From the IMG/VR virus record IMGVR_UViG_3300033067_001533: a stretch of DNA of 64,000 nt; one strand, written 5' to 3'. Each line of letters opens with the position of its first letter. Within the stretch, counting starts at the first letter, position 1. The position numbers and the translations under genes are program-made. The notes under the pieces are model-generated. The model saw nothing but the letters and a program-made list of their open reading frames with translations. It ran no database searches and was not told the origin of the DNA. This stretch comes from a virus. Shown here in pieces: positions 1-9,638 of this stretch.

Positions 1-220
1 ACCATCTATTTATCCAATTAATAGTTTTTATTAATTTTTGCTCTAGTAAATAATCCTGCTCTGTCAATAAATTTTCACCACAATTTGGGCATGGCGCATT
101 AATAAAGGCTGCGCTATTATTTTCGATTTCTTCAGAATATGGAATTACATAATCACATGATTCATTATCGCATTGGATTGATATTTCTCTTCTGGTTTCA
201 ATTAATTTTCGTTTCATAAT
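1..220 (-). CDS. Partial Cys-rich (zinc-ribbon-like) protein; start codon at about 218-220, ORF runs off the window start
   Basis: Hand translation of the minus strand gives MKRKLIETRREISIQCDNESCDYVIPYSEEIENNSAAFINAPCPNCGENLL... with no stop before position 1; CxxC...CxxC pattern. Confidence 0.4.
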   Translation of the reverse strand, partial: MMKRKLIETRREISIQCDNESCDYVIPYSEEIENNSAAFINAPCPNCGENLLTEQDYLLEQKLIKTINWINRW

Positions 221-227
221 TTTCTTA

Positions 228-305
228 GTTTAATTATAGTGTAAATATAACTATTATATTTGACTGGTGAAAACTTTAAGTGTTAAATTTGTGTTAAAGT
301 TTACT
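228..305 (-). promoter_or_regulatory. conserved phage promoter element (core + TTAACA-repeat upstream module)
   Basis: ttatagtgtaaatataactattatatttgactggtgaaaactttaagtgttaaatttgtgttaaag. Confidence 0.5.
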
Positions 306-491
306 TAAATTCTTTAGGGTATAATATTTTGTACCTCCTAGTTATGCACCATTTTGCATACATTAACGGAATTCCCCAAAATGAATCTGATACTGGTTTT
401 ACAAATCTATGTCCATTATAATCTCCAGCCAATAAATAACTACCCATATGTGTAGTCGTGGTCTATTTCCCACTTAATAATTCCATCCATA

Positions 492-1412
492 TTACGCTTG
501 TTCTTTATATGTGTTAATTAATTCACCAATTTTGTTTAAAATAAATCTTTGAGAATTGTGTTCTTTTGCTTTAACATCTAAATTAAAAACAGAAGATTGC
601 AAATGCATCAATTGAGTCAATAAGTTTCCAACCGTTGCATCATTTACTTTCTTTTTAGATTGTTTTGCGATATGAAAACTAATTAGGTCTTCTAACTTCT
701 TGCGATTATCATTCATTCTGTCAATACATTTCTCGTAAGTATTGATAATTGCAAGGTTTGAAGTTTTATCAAAATCTTCCATTCCACCTACATATGAGCC
801 ATCGATTTTAACAAATCTCAAACCAGAATGTGTAGGAATATCGATTCTGCTCTTGTCAATTCCATAACTTTCACAAACTTCAAAGAATAATTCATTGTTG
901 TTTGGTGTAAATTTACAATTGGTTTCAAACACATGTTTAGCGTCCATTGAATGTAACGGTAGAATGTTTTTATAAGCACTTACAGGATATTCGATGATTT
1001 CGAATTCCAAGTTATGAACCTCTTCAACACTTTCATAAATTGCTTTATGTGTTCTAAAGAAACGTACAGCAAATATCTCATCTTCTAATGTAGCATAATC
1101 ATAATCATATTGCCCAGAATCTTCATCATATTCTCGAGTCGAATTAATCTTTTCAAGAATCTTATTGTATTCACTTAAACCAATGGTGGTCATGTCTTCT
1201 ACATTATCATAACCAATCAATTTTCGACTAGTATTTTTATATGTAATAGTTTCTGGTTTTTCAGAAATTGTAATCAGATCTGCACCATTTGAAGTACCTC
1301 TTAGGGCATCTACTAATGGTTTACCGTTAACAATAAGAGTTTTGTTATAGATAGTTTTAACGACATATAACCCTGTTTGGGAATCGTAACCTACTTTAAT
1401 TGAATTTTCCAT
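492..1412 (-). CDS. hypothetical protein (306 aa)
   Basis: Long ORF in the track; promoter motif immediately upstream (1425-1497). Confidence 0.5.
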   Translation of the reverse strand: MENSIKVGYDSQTGLYVVKTIYNKTLIVNGKPLVDALRGTSNGADLITISEKPETITYKNTSRKLIGYDNVEDMTTIGLSEYNKILEKINSTREYDEDSGQYDYDYATLEDEIFAVRFFRTHKAIYESVEEVHNLEFEIIEYPVSAYKNILPLHSMDAKHVFETNCKFTPNNNELFFEVCESYGIDKSRIDIPTHSGLRFVKIDGSYVGGMEDFDKTSNLAIINTYEKCIDRMNDNRKKLEDLISFHIAKQSKKKVNDATVGNLLTQLMHLQSSVFNLDVKAKEHNSQRFILNKIGELINTYKEQA

Positions 1413-1424
1413 GATATTTTTGTT

Positions 1425-1497
1425 TTAATTTGATATGTAAAAATAACTACAATCTTTGACTGGTGAAAACTTTAAATGTTAAAACTTTGTTAAAATT
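1425..1497 (-). promoter_or_regulatory. conserved promoter element (TTAACA-repeat module) upstream of 492..1412
   Basis: gatatgtaaaaataactacaatctttgactggtgaaaactttaaatgttaaaactttgttaaaatt. Confidence 0.5.
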
Positions 1498-1498
1498 A

Positions 1499-1732
1499 TT
1501 AATAATTTAGAATCTGTACTATTCTCGAGTTATATGCTCCAAAATATTCTACAATAACGAACTGGGTGTCTTTGTACCCTTTGTGTTTCCATCTAAGAAA
1601 ATCAACCATAATCAAGCAACTTTCATAATCTTCAAAAAGATGGGGTCTTGGGCCAGTTTTACCTCGACCTACTTTCTGCAATTGACCCGAATTGTATTGA
1701 TACAATCTAAAATCTCTTTTAATAGTTTCCAT
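1499..1732 (-). CDS. hypothetical protein
   Basis: ORF track; compact spacing with neighbours. Confidence 0.4.
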   Translation of the reverse strand: METIKRDFRLYQYNSGQLQKVGRGKTGPRPHLFEDYESCLIMVDFLRWKHKGYKDTQFVIVEYFGAYNSRIVQILNY

Positions 1733-1741
1733 TTTCAGAAA

Positions 1742-2050
1742 TTAATATGAAATCCTGTCTTTAGGAACTTCAAGCCCATTTAGTGCGTTTAATAAAACTT
1801 GCACACCATCTTCTGGATTTGGTCTATTAGGACCTGCACATCTCATTGAAAATTGTTCATCATTAATATTTGTTCTCCCGGTAGAAGTGGCAGATACAGA
1901 CTTCATAAACCATGGATTTCTACTAGGATGCATTGTTAAAATTGCATACCATTGATTGTTACTGCATTGTACAAGCGTACCTTCAACACTCGTAGTTGAC
2001 TTTAATGGTTTAGTTTTAATTACTGTAATCGCTACTTTTTCAGTTGACAT
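1742..2050 (-). CDS. hypothetical protein
   Basis: ORF track; promoter motif directly upstream (2062-2133). Confidence 0.45.
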   Translation of the reverse strand: MSTEKVAITVIKTKPLKSTTSVEGTLVQCSNNQWYAILTMHPSRNPWFMKSVSATSTGRTNINDEQFSMRCAGPNRPNPEDGVQVLLNALNGLEVPKDRISY

Positions 2051-2061
2051 ATATTGTTTGT

Positions 2062-2133
2062 TTAAATTATAGTGTAAATATAACTATTATATTTGAATGG
2101 TGAAAACTTTATTTTAAGAAGTTATTAACAATT
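2062..2133 (-). promoter_or_regulatory. conserved promoter element (GTTATTAACA module) upstream of 1742..2050
   Basis: ttatagtgtaaatataactattatatttgaatggtgaaaactttattttaagaagttattaacaattg. Confidence 0.5.
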
Positions 2134-2686
2134 GTAAAATCTTTTCTTTAATACCACTCTGTTTAATACCTTCACTGCTTCTCGGGGTTAGGACAAAGTT
2201 TTTTAATCCATGCCCTCCATTTGCTTCAGGACTCATGTTTAAATCATCAACTGCTACCCACTCTTTAATTTGAGGATTGTCCTTTAAGTACCTTTCAATC
2301 TCTACGATTCTTTTGCGCTCCATCCATCTCTTCCACATAAATAGGTCATTTGCATCTGGATCGAATTCATGCATATTTGGAGTAATTGCGATTGGGCGTT
2401 TAATAATACCCTGTGCCTCATAATAGTCTCCCAATTCATCTAGGGTAGCATGTAGTTTCCAATCAGAACTTACAACAATTTCAGCACCAGTCTCTCTAAG
2501 TATCTCGTTTAATATCTTGATTGCCTTTTTATCGAAATCATCAAATCGGATTTCTACAGGTGCCAGTTTTAAGTCCGGACTAGCTTCTGGATTCTCAGAA
2601 CGATATTTAGACCATTTCTTTGCCCTGCCACCCCAATTATTGTAGAGACATATTACTCCATCATTATCTAGAAATAAAATTTTCAT
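2114..2686 (-). CDS. HAD-superfamily hydrolase (phosphatase/5'-nucleotidase-like)
   Basis: N-terminus MKILFLDNDGVI matches HAD motif I (hhhDxDG[TV]); later VVSSDWK-like segment. Confidence 0.45.
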   Translation of the reverse strand: MKILFLDNDGVICLYNNWGGRAKKWSKYRSENPEASPDLKLAPVEIRFDDFDKKAIKILNEILRETGAEIVVSSDWKLHATLDELGDYYEAQGIIKRPIAITPNMHEFDPDANDLFMWKRWMERKRIVEIERYLKDNPQIKEWVAVDDLNMSPEANGGHGLKNFVLTPRSSEGIKQSGIKEKILQLLITS

Positions 2687-2706
2687 GTTTTGATTTTTAT
2701 GAATGT

Positions 2707-3639
2707 CTATCTTCCTCTATGAGTATTAAGTGCGTTTGTAGATTCCTGTTCATTTAGATAAATTTTTTCTAATAAATTATTTTCATGTACAAAATGAACA
2801 GCATTTTCTCTAATCTGATTTTTACCCTTTTGAATATAACATATTGCATCATATTCATTATATTTCATTTTTGGATATTGTTCCTTAACTTCACGGTTTT
2901 TATCTTCATTGAATTTAATGTCATATCCCCTACCTAATGCCAAATCTAAAACCATCTGTAAATTCTTAGATTCGTCGGTAAATTGTGAATCGTATTTATT
3001 ACCCTTGTCTCTGTCAGATGCAAAATAATTTTCTTTAACAATTTTATTTTGAATAGGATATGATTTAACATTATAAGTTCCATCAGGATCTTCATATGCA
3101 AAGAACGCTCTTTCAGGAGTTTCTTTAATATGATAAAACTTCTTTGGTGTGCGATCATAATATGATGAATATGTCCTAACATAACTATATGTTGCAATAT
3201 TAAATGTACCTAAATACACCATTACGTTACCATGCTTACATATTGCACTGATTACTCGATCTCCTGGAATTAATGCCCTAACACCATAGGTTTTAGCATC
3301 CTCCTTCTCCTTTTTATCATGTAACATTTCCATATAGTCGAGGGTATCTGCTCTGACAAGAACCATCGAACCACCTACCATCACCTGTTCAACAAATGTA
3401 ATTGGATTCTTAATGACACCATATTCTAATTGAATTTTATCCAATGGTAATTGATGGAAATCAACCCAAATATCCTTTGGTAAATCTGGGTGGCTTAATT
3501 GAAATCCTAGTTGGCTCCAACTTATGATTTTTACACCGGTCATTGGGTCATTTTTAAAAGGAACCGTATTTTTGTCCTTTGTTTTACGCACTCTCAATCC
3601 AATATGCACGTCCTTTAATATCCTATAATTACAATTCAT
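2707..3639 (-). CDS. hypothetical protein (310 aa)
   Basis: ORF track; no recognisable motif. Confidence 0.45.
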   Translation of the reverse strand: MNCNYRILKDVHIGLRVRKTKDKNTVPFKNDPMTGVKIISWSQLGFQLSHPDLPKDIWVDFHQLPLDKIQLEYGVIKNPITFVEQVMVGGSMVLVRADTLDYMEMLHDKKEKEDAKTYGVRALIPGDRVISAICKHGNVMVYLGTFNIATYSYVRTYSSYYDRTPKKFYHIKETPERAFFAYEDPDGTYNVKSYPIQNKIVKENYFASDRDKGNKYDSQFTDESKNLQMVLDLALGRGYDIKFNEDKNREVKEQYPKMKYNEYDAICYIQKGKNQIRENAVHFVHENNLLEKIYLNEQESTNALNTHRGR

Positions 3640-3668
3640 CTTTAATTGTTTATATTAGTTCCGGAATA

Positions 3669-4163
3669 CTATTCCTCAAAGTTTTCGTTAAACACTTTGT
3701 TAATTCTATCAAGATTGTCTTGGTACTCTTTTCTTTTTCTTTCCAATTCAATTTCCGCAGCGTTTTCAATTGCCCAAAGTCTTTCAAACATATCTCCAAT
3801 ATCCTCTGCTATATTGTTAATGTTGATGCCATCCAAATCAACATACCCTGTCATTACATACTTATATCTAAATAAATTAATAGGATATGGTATGAATATC
3901 ATTAACATCTGTAAACCAAATTCGCCTGCATAATCTAACTCCCATTTTCTTATGAAGTAACTACCACTAAGATCTGATTTTTCTAACTGATAAATTGGAG
4001 TTGCCTTTGTTTTAAACCTTTTCCGCTTAGGTAATTTAATGTTAATCGCAATCCTATCATACCAATCAAAATGCTGCAACATTAGATGAAAAACACCAAA
4101 TACCATCCACACTATCAAGAGGGTTATAACTGTACCCAACAAATATACTAATAATTCTTCCAT
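3669..4163 (-). CDS. membrane protein (N-terminal TM helix)
   Basis: Hydrophobic N-terminus LLVYLLGTVITLLIVWMVFGVF. Confidence 0.4.
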   Translation of the reverse strand: MEELLVYLLGTVITLLIVWMVFGVFHLMLQHFDWYDRIAINIKLPKRKRFKTKATPIYQLEKSDLSGSYFIRKWELDYAGEFGLQMLMIFIPYPINLFRYKYVMTGYVDLDGININNIAEDIGDMFERLWAIENAAEIELERKRKEYQDNLDRINKVFNENFEE

Positions 4164-4168
4164 AATTT

Positions 4169-4570
4169 TTATTTTTTAACGATTTCTATTAATTTTTTTA
4201 AACATTCAATTTCTGCTTCTTCGTAGTTTTTAAAAGCTGCATAGGGTACAACATCAACAACAAGTTCTTTTTTGGTAGTATCTGGAATTGTTCTACCACA
4301 TGGAATGTATATTGTATTGCTCTCAACTGTTTTTGATGTAACCCATGTGGATAAATTATACTTCTCTCTAAACCATCTAAATGCTTGTGAGAATGTTGGA
4401 GCTTGAATTAATCTCAATAAATGTAAAGACATATTTCCATTGCTTTCCCATTTAAAGCAAAGTTCTTCCTCGGTGGAATAAAATGCCGCGCAATGCTCTC
4501 TAAATCCCAACCATTTCAAATCCAATGCGTGTTCGTAGGGTATAAATTCCTTTTCCATATTATCTAACAC
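4169..4570 (-). CDS. hypothetical protein, paralog of 41112..41528
   Basis: Shares MEKEFIPYE...APTFSQAFRWFREKYNL...YEEAE(I/L)ECLKKLIEIVK with the second copy. Confidence 0.5.
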   Translation of the reverse strand: MLDNMEKEFIPYEHALDLKWLGFREHCAAFYSTEEELCFKWESNGNMSLHLLRLIQAPTFSQAFRWFREKYNLSTWVTSKTVESNTIYIPCGRTIPDTTKKELVVDVVPYAAFKNYEEAEIECLKKLIEIVKK

Positions 4571-4787
4571 GTATTAAAGTTGATTTAATGCTTTTATACT
4601 GTTGTATAAGTTTACCCCTAATATGTCCTTGTATACTATGCGTAAGTGTGCCTTCTGCTTTTATCTTTGCTTCGTAAAAATCAATTAGACGCCTTGCCCT
4701 AACGATCTGACTGACACTCGTACAAGATTCAAAAACCTTGACAATCCAAATTTCAATGTCATTTGGTGTGTTACTTTCTGCTGCCAT
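4560..4787 (-). CDS. hypothetical protein
   Basis: ORF track; 4-codon overlap with downstream gene. Confidence 0.35.
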   Translation of the reverse strand: MAAESNTPNDIEIWIVKVFESCTSVSQIVRARRLIDFYEAKIKAEGTLTHSIQGHIRGKLIQQYKSIKSTLIRVR

Positions 4788-4969
4788 TTCTATCTAATTT
4801 TATTTTAAAAAGTTTGTAATGATTTCAAAGCGTTTTCCATCTAAATGATTTGTTGCAAAATAATATGCTTCATCATAATTTTGAAAACTTGCAACATCAT
4901 TTTGAAAGATTTCAATGCCATCGAAATAAAACGGGATTACTGTATAAATTACCATAAGTTCTTTGTTTT

Positions 4970-5040
4970 TAATTATAATGTAAATATAACTACAATATTT
5001 AAACCAGTAAATTTAAAAGTGTTAAAACTTTGTTAAATTT
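4970..5040 (-). promoter_or_regulatory. conserved promoter element (TTAACA-repeat module)
   Basis: ataatgtaaatataactacaatatttaaaccagtaaatttaaaagtgttaaaactttgttaaatttt. Confidence 0.45.
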
Positions 5041-5249
5041 TAGAAACACCCTCTTGCTCTTGCCCGTCTTACTGCTTCTCTGTCACGTTGCATTTCTTCC
5101 ATCCAACCACATCTAGTCTCAGCATATGCAATACCTTTATCCCATTCAAGGATATACTGATGTTGTCTTGCAAGCTGTTCAATATATTCCTTTGACCTTT
5201 GACTACCGTCACTTTCTCTCATCATTCTTACAAAATCACTAGATACCAT
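5040..5249 (-). CDS. hypothetical protein
   Basis: ORF track. Confidence 0.35.
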   Translation of the reverse strand: MVSSDFVRMMRESDGSQRSKEYIEQLARQHQYILEWDKGIAYAETRCGWMEEMQRDREAVRRARARGCF

Positions 5250-5408
5250 CGCTTAAAAAAGTTTACTATTAAGATATTGAATTTCTTTAATAGTATAACA
5301 TTGGTCATCTAGTCCCTTTGCTCTACCTAATAGTTCAAAAAATCGTCTGTGTGATATTTTATTTAATAAACATTGTTTACCATTCAAGTAAACCTTTAAA
5401 ATTCTAAT

Positions 5409-5576
5409 CATAACTTATTTTTAAGAGATTCATTTCTTTGTTCTGCTGCTTTAGCAAAATCATAATTATACAGAGCCTTTTCGGTACAATCTACACATAA
5501 TCCATCGAACATGTCTCTATTGACAGTTAATTGCTCTGTTAAACAGCCACTACACACTAAAATAGTATTTTCCATA
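5409..5576 (-). CDS. small zinc-ribbon protein (~55 aa, not in ORF track)
   Basis: Hand translation MENTILVCSGCLTEQLTVNRDMFDGLCVDCTEK...; CxxC x2. Confidence 0.3.
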
Positions 5577-5578
5577 TC

Positions 5579-6319
5579 TTATTTCTTTCTGTATCTTTCT
5601 AAACATGCTCCAATTTCGATGTCAGTTTTACCTGATTCTTTCATACCTAAGCACATTCTTGCAATTGAATAAACCTCTTCTACATCATAAAGTCTTGCAG
5701 CTTGCCATTTAGCACCCATTTCAAAAATATCAGCATCATTTTTATTCATATAATTTGAATCTAATATTCTTTTTTTAGCTTCTTCAAGTGTTTCTTGTTT
5801 AGGTTGGTTTAATTGAACTTCATTTAACTTTGGGTCACTAACACCATTACTTCCTATACAACCATTAGTTTCTTCTTTTGGAATGATTATATAGTAAATG
5901 TATTCTCTTGATGTAAGTTGTATCATATTAAACATTTTCATAACTTCAACCTCCTCACAACTCGGATTCTTAACAAACCATTCAAGGAACTCATCATCAA
6001 TAGCTTGTACACCATCAGAGATTAATTCTTGGTCTGTTGTTAGGATGATTTTTAAAGAATATTTATGATTAATAAATGTATATTCATTATTAACTCTAAT
6101 TGTAAAATCATCATTGTACATTATACCTGTTTGAAGTACTTTGCAAACCTCACCTTCATATAATACATAATCCCCTTTTTTAATTTCTTCATCAGAAGTG
6201 ATGCAGATGTTTTGGGGATTTGAACTTGAATAGTAATTACTTGTTAATACTAAGGTATCTTCTCTATTTATCAATAACCTACTTGGTTTATCTGTTGATA
6301 ATATGTGTATGTTTTTCAT
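5579..6319 (-). CDS. hypothetical protein, member of MKNIH(I/V)LSTDKPSR paralog family (3 copies in window)
   Basis: Shares MKNIHILSTDKPSR...ITSDEEIKKGDY...KIILTT..LI.DGVQAIDDEFLEWFVKNPSCEEVEV with 32417..33238 and 43582..44343. Confidence 0.5.
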   Translation of the reverse strand: MKNIHILSTDKPSRLLINREDTLVLTSNYYSSSNPQNICITSDEEIKKGDYVLYEGEVCKVLQTGIMYNDDFTIRVNNEYTFINHKYSLKIILTTDQELISDGVQAIDDEFLEWFVKNPSCEEVEVMKMFNMIQLTSREYIYYIIIPKEETNGCIGSNGVSDPKLNEVQLNQPKQETLEEAKKRILDSNYMNKNDADIFEMGAKWQAARLYDVEEVYSIARMCLGMKESGKTDIEIGACLERYRKK

Positions 6320-6323
6320 AGTT

Positions 6324-6506
6324 TTAAGTTAGTGATTTTAAATATGCTATTGCAGCTTCTTTGTCTGTGAAAGTATCACCGGCTTCGTGAAACTCTCCGC
6401 CATATAAAGGAGTTTCATAACATTGAAATACCCCTTCTGAAATTTGCCTTACTTCGCCATAAGTTTCATGTCCGAAATAATGTTCATATACTATGTTTTT
6501 CACCAT
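6324..6506 (-). CDS. hypothetical protein
   Basis: ORF track. Confidence 0.35.
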   Translation of the reverse strand: MVKNIVYEHYFGHETYGEVRQISEGVFQCYETPLYGGEFHEAGDTFTDKEAAIAYLKSLT

Positions 6507-6778
6507 TATTTAATGTTTGATTTTGGATATGCGTTAGTAATAGAATGTTTGTCTATTGCAACTGAAGTTTGAACTCCAGAACTGGTTCTAAATCCATACA
6601 CCAATGCTTTTTCGCCATTCACATCTATTCTTGCAGCTTCGCCAGCGGCTTGTAATGCAGCTTTCACATGCATGTCTGCAAATTCAACCATCAATGCATA
6701 GACTTCGTTAGGTGTATAGTCACCTGCTAAATATCCATCACTTTCTTTTAATACAAATTCTTTTGCTGATAGTGCCAT
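6506..6778 (-). CDS. hypothetical protein
   Basis: ORF track. Confidence 0.4.
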   Translation of the reverse strand: MALSAKEFVLKESDGYLAGDYTPNEVYALMVEFADMHVKAALQAAGEAARIDVNGEKALVYGFRTSSGVQTSVAIDKHSITNAYPKSNIK

Positions 6779-6782
6779 AGTC

Positions 6783-7034
6783 TTATAAGTTTTTTAATTT
6801 AAAGTCAGCTAGGGTACCGACTATCTCAAATTCAACCTCCCCACCAAACGGAAGTCCCTCAAATAGTTCTTCCCTGTCATATTCATATTTTCTAGATAGG
6901 TCATGATAGTATCTGACATCAAGTTCATTTACACTTAGTACTGCAAATAGGTTTTGCCCATTTACGGTTTGATGCAAATCTACAATGTCATTGTCTCTCA
7001 TTTGCCGCCCGTTTTTATCAAATATTTGTCTCAT
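6783..7034 (-). CDS. hypothetical protein
   Basis: ORF track; promoter motif upstream (7050-7120). Confidence 0.4.
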   Translation of the reverse strand: MRQIFDKNGRQMRDNDIVDLHQTVNGQNLFAVLSVNELDVRYYHDLSRKYEYDREELFEGLPFGGEVEFEIVGTLADFKLKNL

Positions 7035-7049
7035 TTTTATGTCTATTTA

Positions 7050-7120
7050 ATATTATAGTGTAAATATAACTAAAAGTTTCGACCCGTGAAAACTTTTTAC
7101 CAATTATTTGCAAAAAAGGT
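7050..7120 (-). promoter_or_regulatory. conserved promoter element upstream of 6783..7034
   Basis: attatagtgtaaatataactaaaagtttcgacccgtgaaaactttttacc. Confidence 0.45.
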
Positions 7121-7599
7121 CAAAAATATGCCTCTCCACTTGATAAATATTTAAAAATATACTAATTAATCATGGCTAAAACCTCTACCTCAGTTCTTGT
7201 AAAAGAAAAACCAAAAAAAGTACGTAAAGGCGTGCATGCAAAAACCAAGTCTTCTAAAAACAAAGGTTCTCAAAACTACAAAAAGACCTACAAGGGTCAG
7301 GGCAAATAATTTCCACTTGGGTGGCTGTTGTTGTAGGGATTTTTAAATATCTAGACAATATGATACTACAGCACATATTGAAATAGTCACTTGTTATTTC
7401 ATGCGTCATTCGATGGCTTGGATAGTCGGTTGGGTATTCATCAAAGCATTGGAGGGTTACAGTTATTATAAATAGTCTGTGGCCCTCTGATCCATTCTGA
7501 TGGAATCTGTGAGACCCGTGTCGGGCAGGTAACCAGGAGACCGGTCCCGGTAGACCCTTAAAAAATAAAATTTCCAAAAATCTCCTGAGAACTCTGACA

Positions 7600-7640
7600 A
7601 AATAAAAAAGACTCTAATTTCTTAGAGCCTTTGATTCATT
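7600..7640 (-). terminator. rho-independent terminator downstream of 7656..7949
   Basis: Minus strand: CTCTAA-gaaa-TTAGAG hairpin followed by TTTTTTATTTT. Confidence 0.4.
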
Positions 7641-7655
7641 ACATTTTAATATCTA

Positions 7656-7949
7656 TTAGATAGAACCTGGACGTAACACATGAATTGCCTGTGCAATCAT
7701 CACCGAATCCCGAACTGTCAATGCTCCGGCTGCTTGTGCTTGACTAGCTGCCTGAATTAAAACATTCAATGCTCCTTCTGGTTTCATTGTTAGAATTTCT
7801 TCAAAAATTGGAGTGAATGGTTCCTCTTCAGTTTGCCATGCTTTTCTAGCAATTTCAGTTGCTGCAGGCCCTGCAGCTCCAGCTTCTCTAACTTGCTCTT
7901 CTAGCTGTTCGTTTAATTTCTTTTCTAAAGCTTCGTTTACTTGTGACAT
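7656..7949 (-). CDS. hypothetical Ala/Glu-rich protein
   Basis: ORF track. Confidence 0.4.
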   Translation of the reverse strand: MSQVNEALEKKLNEQLEEQVREAGAAGPAATEIARKAWQTEEEPFTPIFEEILTMKPEGALNVLIQAASQAQAAGALTVRDSVMIAQAIHVLRPGSI

Positions 7950-8006
7950 AATTATTTGGTTTAATGATTATAAAATTATTATATTGTATTCTTTAAATTT
8001 GTTTCA

Positions 8007-8903
8007 TTACAATGATTTTAACATTGCAATTAGGTCGGGTTGTGGTGCCATGTCTGATTTGTCCTTGCGTGTTGATGTATGGCTTAACATACCTTTAACA
8101 TTACCTTTAAATGCTGCATCCTTATAGTCGAATGCAACTGATGGGGTTTCTGTTTTTAACCATTCCACCAATCCCTTTTTAATGTCTATTCCATCTCGAT
8201 CTGCAATAAATAAAATTAATTCCCTTAGTGATTCTATCTGAGCTGCTGAGTATTTATGATAGTATCTAAATCCTCTAAATTCAAATCCTAAATCACATAC
8301 TTGATCGGGATGAACAATTGCGCCCGAATATGTTTTAAAAATGGAGCCGACCTTTGTCAGTGGACCGAAATTACAAACTTCAATTCCAACTGAATTAGTA
8401 TGCATGTGCTGAGAACCATTCTTGCCTAGGTGATTTGCATATGCACCATCAGGTAAGCATTTTACAATTACCCCATCATGTTTTGTTTCTTTGCCATTAA
8501 CTGAAGGTCCACCAATTAGAAACTCTGTTGCAATTCTACCTCTAGTGTCATCGTTCCACTGTTTTGCTGTTGCAAATGGATTTGCTGCACCTGCAGTATG
8601 ATGTAAAAATAAGTACTCTGGTTTATTTGGACCTGAAAAATATTCATCATTATCCAAATACGCTAATTCAAACTGAGGCACTGTGATTTCAGTATCTAAA
8701 TGCTCCTCTAATGATTCTTTGAAAATGGCGCGCTGGGTAGTAGGTCCTACAAGTCCATCCATTTTTAAGCCATGGCTACCTTGAAAGTTTCTTACAGCCT
8801 GTTCGGTTTTTGGTCCGAAGTTTCCATCTGCCTTTAATCCTAATGCTTTTTGTAATAATTTGACATCTTCTCCCTTGTCTCCTCTTTTTAATAAACTTCT
8901 CAT
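8007..8903 (-). CDS. endolysin: peptidoglycan-binding domain + N-acetylmuramoyl-L-alanine amidase (amidase_2/PGRP fold)
   Basis: N-terminal LLQKALGLKADGNFGPKTEQAVRNFQ is PG_binding_1-like; FLHHTAGAANP resembles the amidase_2 HHT(A/S) zinc-ligand motif. Confidence 0.65.
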   Translation of the reverse strand: MRSLLKRGDKGEDVKLLQKALGLKADGNFGPKTEQAVRNFQGSHGLKMDGLVGPTTQRAIFKESLEEHLDTEITVPQFELAYLDNDEYFSGPNKPEYLFLHHTAGAANPFATAKQWNDDTRGRIATEFLIGGPSVNGKETKHDGVIVKCLPDGAYANHLGKNGSQHMHTNSVGIEVCNFGPLTKVGSIFKTYSGAIVHPDQVCDLGFEFRGFRYYHKYSAAQIESLRELILFIADRDGIDIKKGLVEWLKTETPSVAFDYKDAAFKGNVKGMLSHTSTRKDKSDMAPQPDLIAMLKSL

Positions 8904-9319
8904 ATTATTTTATTTAAATTATCTATACATTCCTGTACTTGATTATATATTGCCGCTTGATTTTTGTGTTCTAGTACACATTTATAAATAACCTTATTAG
9001 ATTGTAAATGTCTTAATTCACATCGTAATGTATATTTTGGTTTTTTAAGTAATAATGGCTGAAGGTGAGTAACTTGCCATATCTGTGATTTGGCGTCACC
9101 TACAAATCCACATTCTGTTTTTACATATGCTGTTAGGGAATATTCATCTCCCCTAATATCTGCAAATTGTTGTAATTCTTTAATACCATTTGCAATTAAA
9201 TAAAGCCGATATGCTGTATGGTAATTTGAATCAAGGACCTCTTTAAGGGTCCTTGATTCAAACTTTTTAGATATGTATGGATTATTTAGTCGAATTATAC
9301 CTGCTATTAATTCTGTCAT
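8900..9319 (-). CDS. hypothetical protein
   Basis: ORF track. Confidence 0.4.
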   Translation of the reverse strand: MTELIAGIIRLNNPYISKKFESRTLKEVLDSNYHTAYRLYLIANGIKELQQFADIRGDEYSLTAYVKTECGFVGDAKSQIWQVTHLQPLLLKKPKYTLRCELRHLQSNKVIYKCVLEHKNQAAIYNQVQECIDNLNKII

Positions 9320-9638
9320 ATTTATATTAAAAATTAATCCTGACTTACACTTCTGTTTTTATCGTCATCTTCTGACTTTTTTGTTCTAAATTGATATAGT
9401 GGTCCTCTGCCTCCAATAGTTGAAGAGCTTTCATTAACTATTTCGGCAACTGGTTTTGTTGGAACCTCTTTAATTACTTCCTTTACTACTTCAACTGGTT
9501 TTTCAACGTGTATTGTTTTAATTTCAGGTTCAGTTTCCACATTAGATATTACGTCAATTTCATATGGAAGTTCATCAAGACCATCTCCGACAGTTGCATC
9601 AAGTTCTGACTTTAATTCAACTTCATCGCCAATAGGTT

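Noticed and set aside
7254-7577. 107-aa minus-strand ORF in the track
   Set aside because: It lies in the GC-rich structured island. Its composition is implausible (runs of C/H/P/S with no hydrophobic core) and it has no RBS-like context. This more likely reflects a non-coding RNA region.
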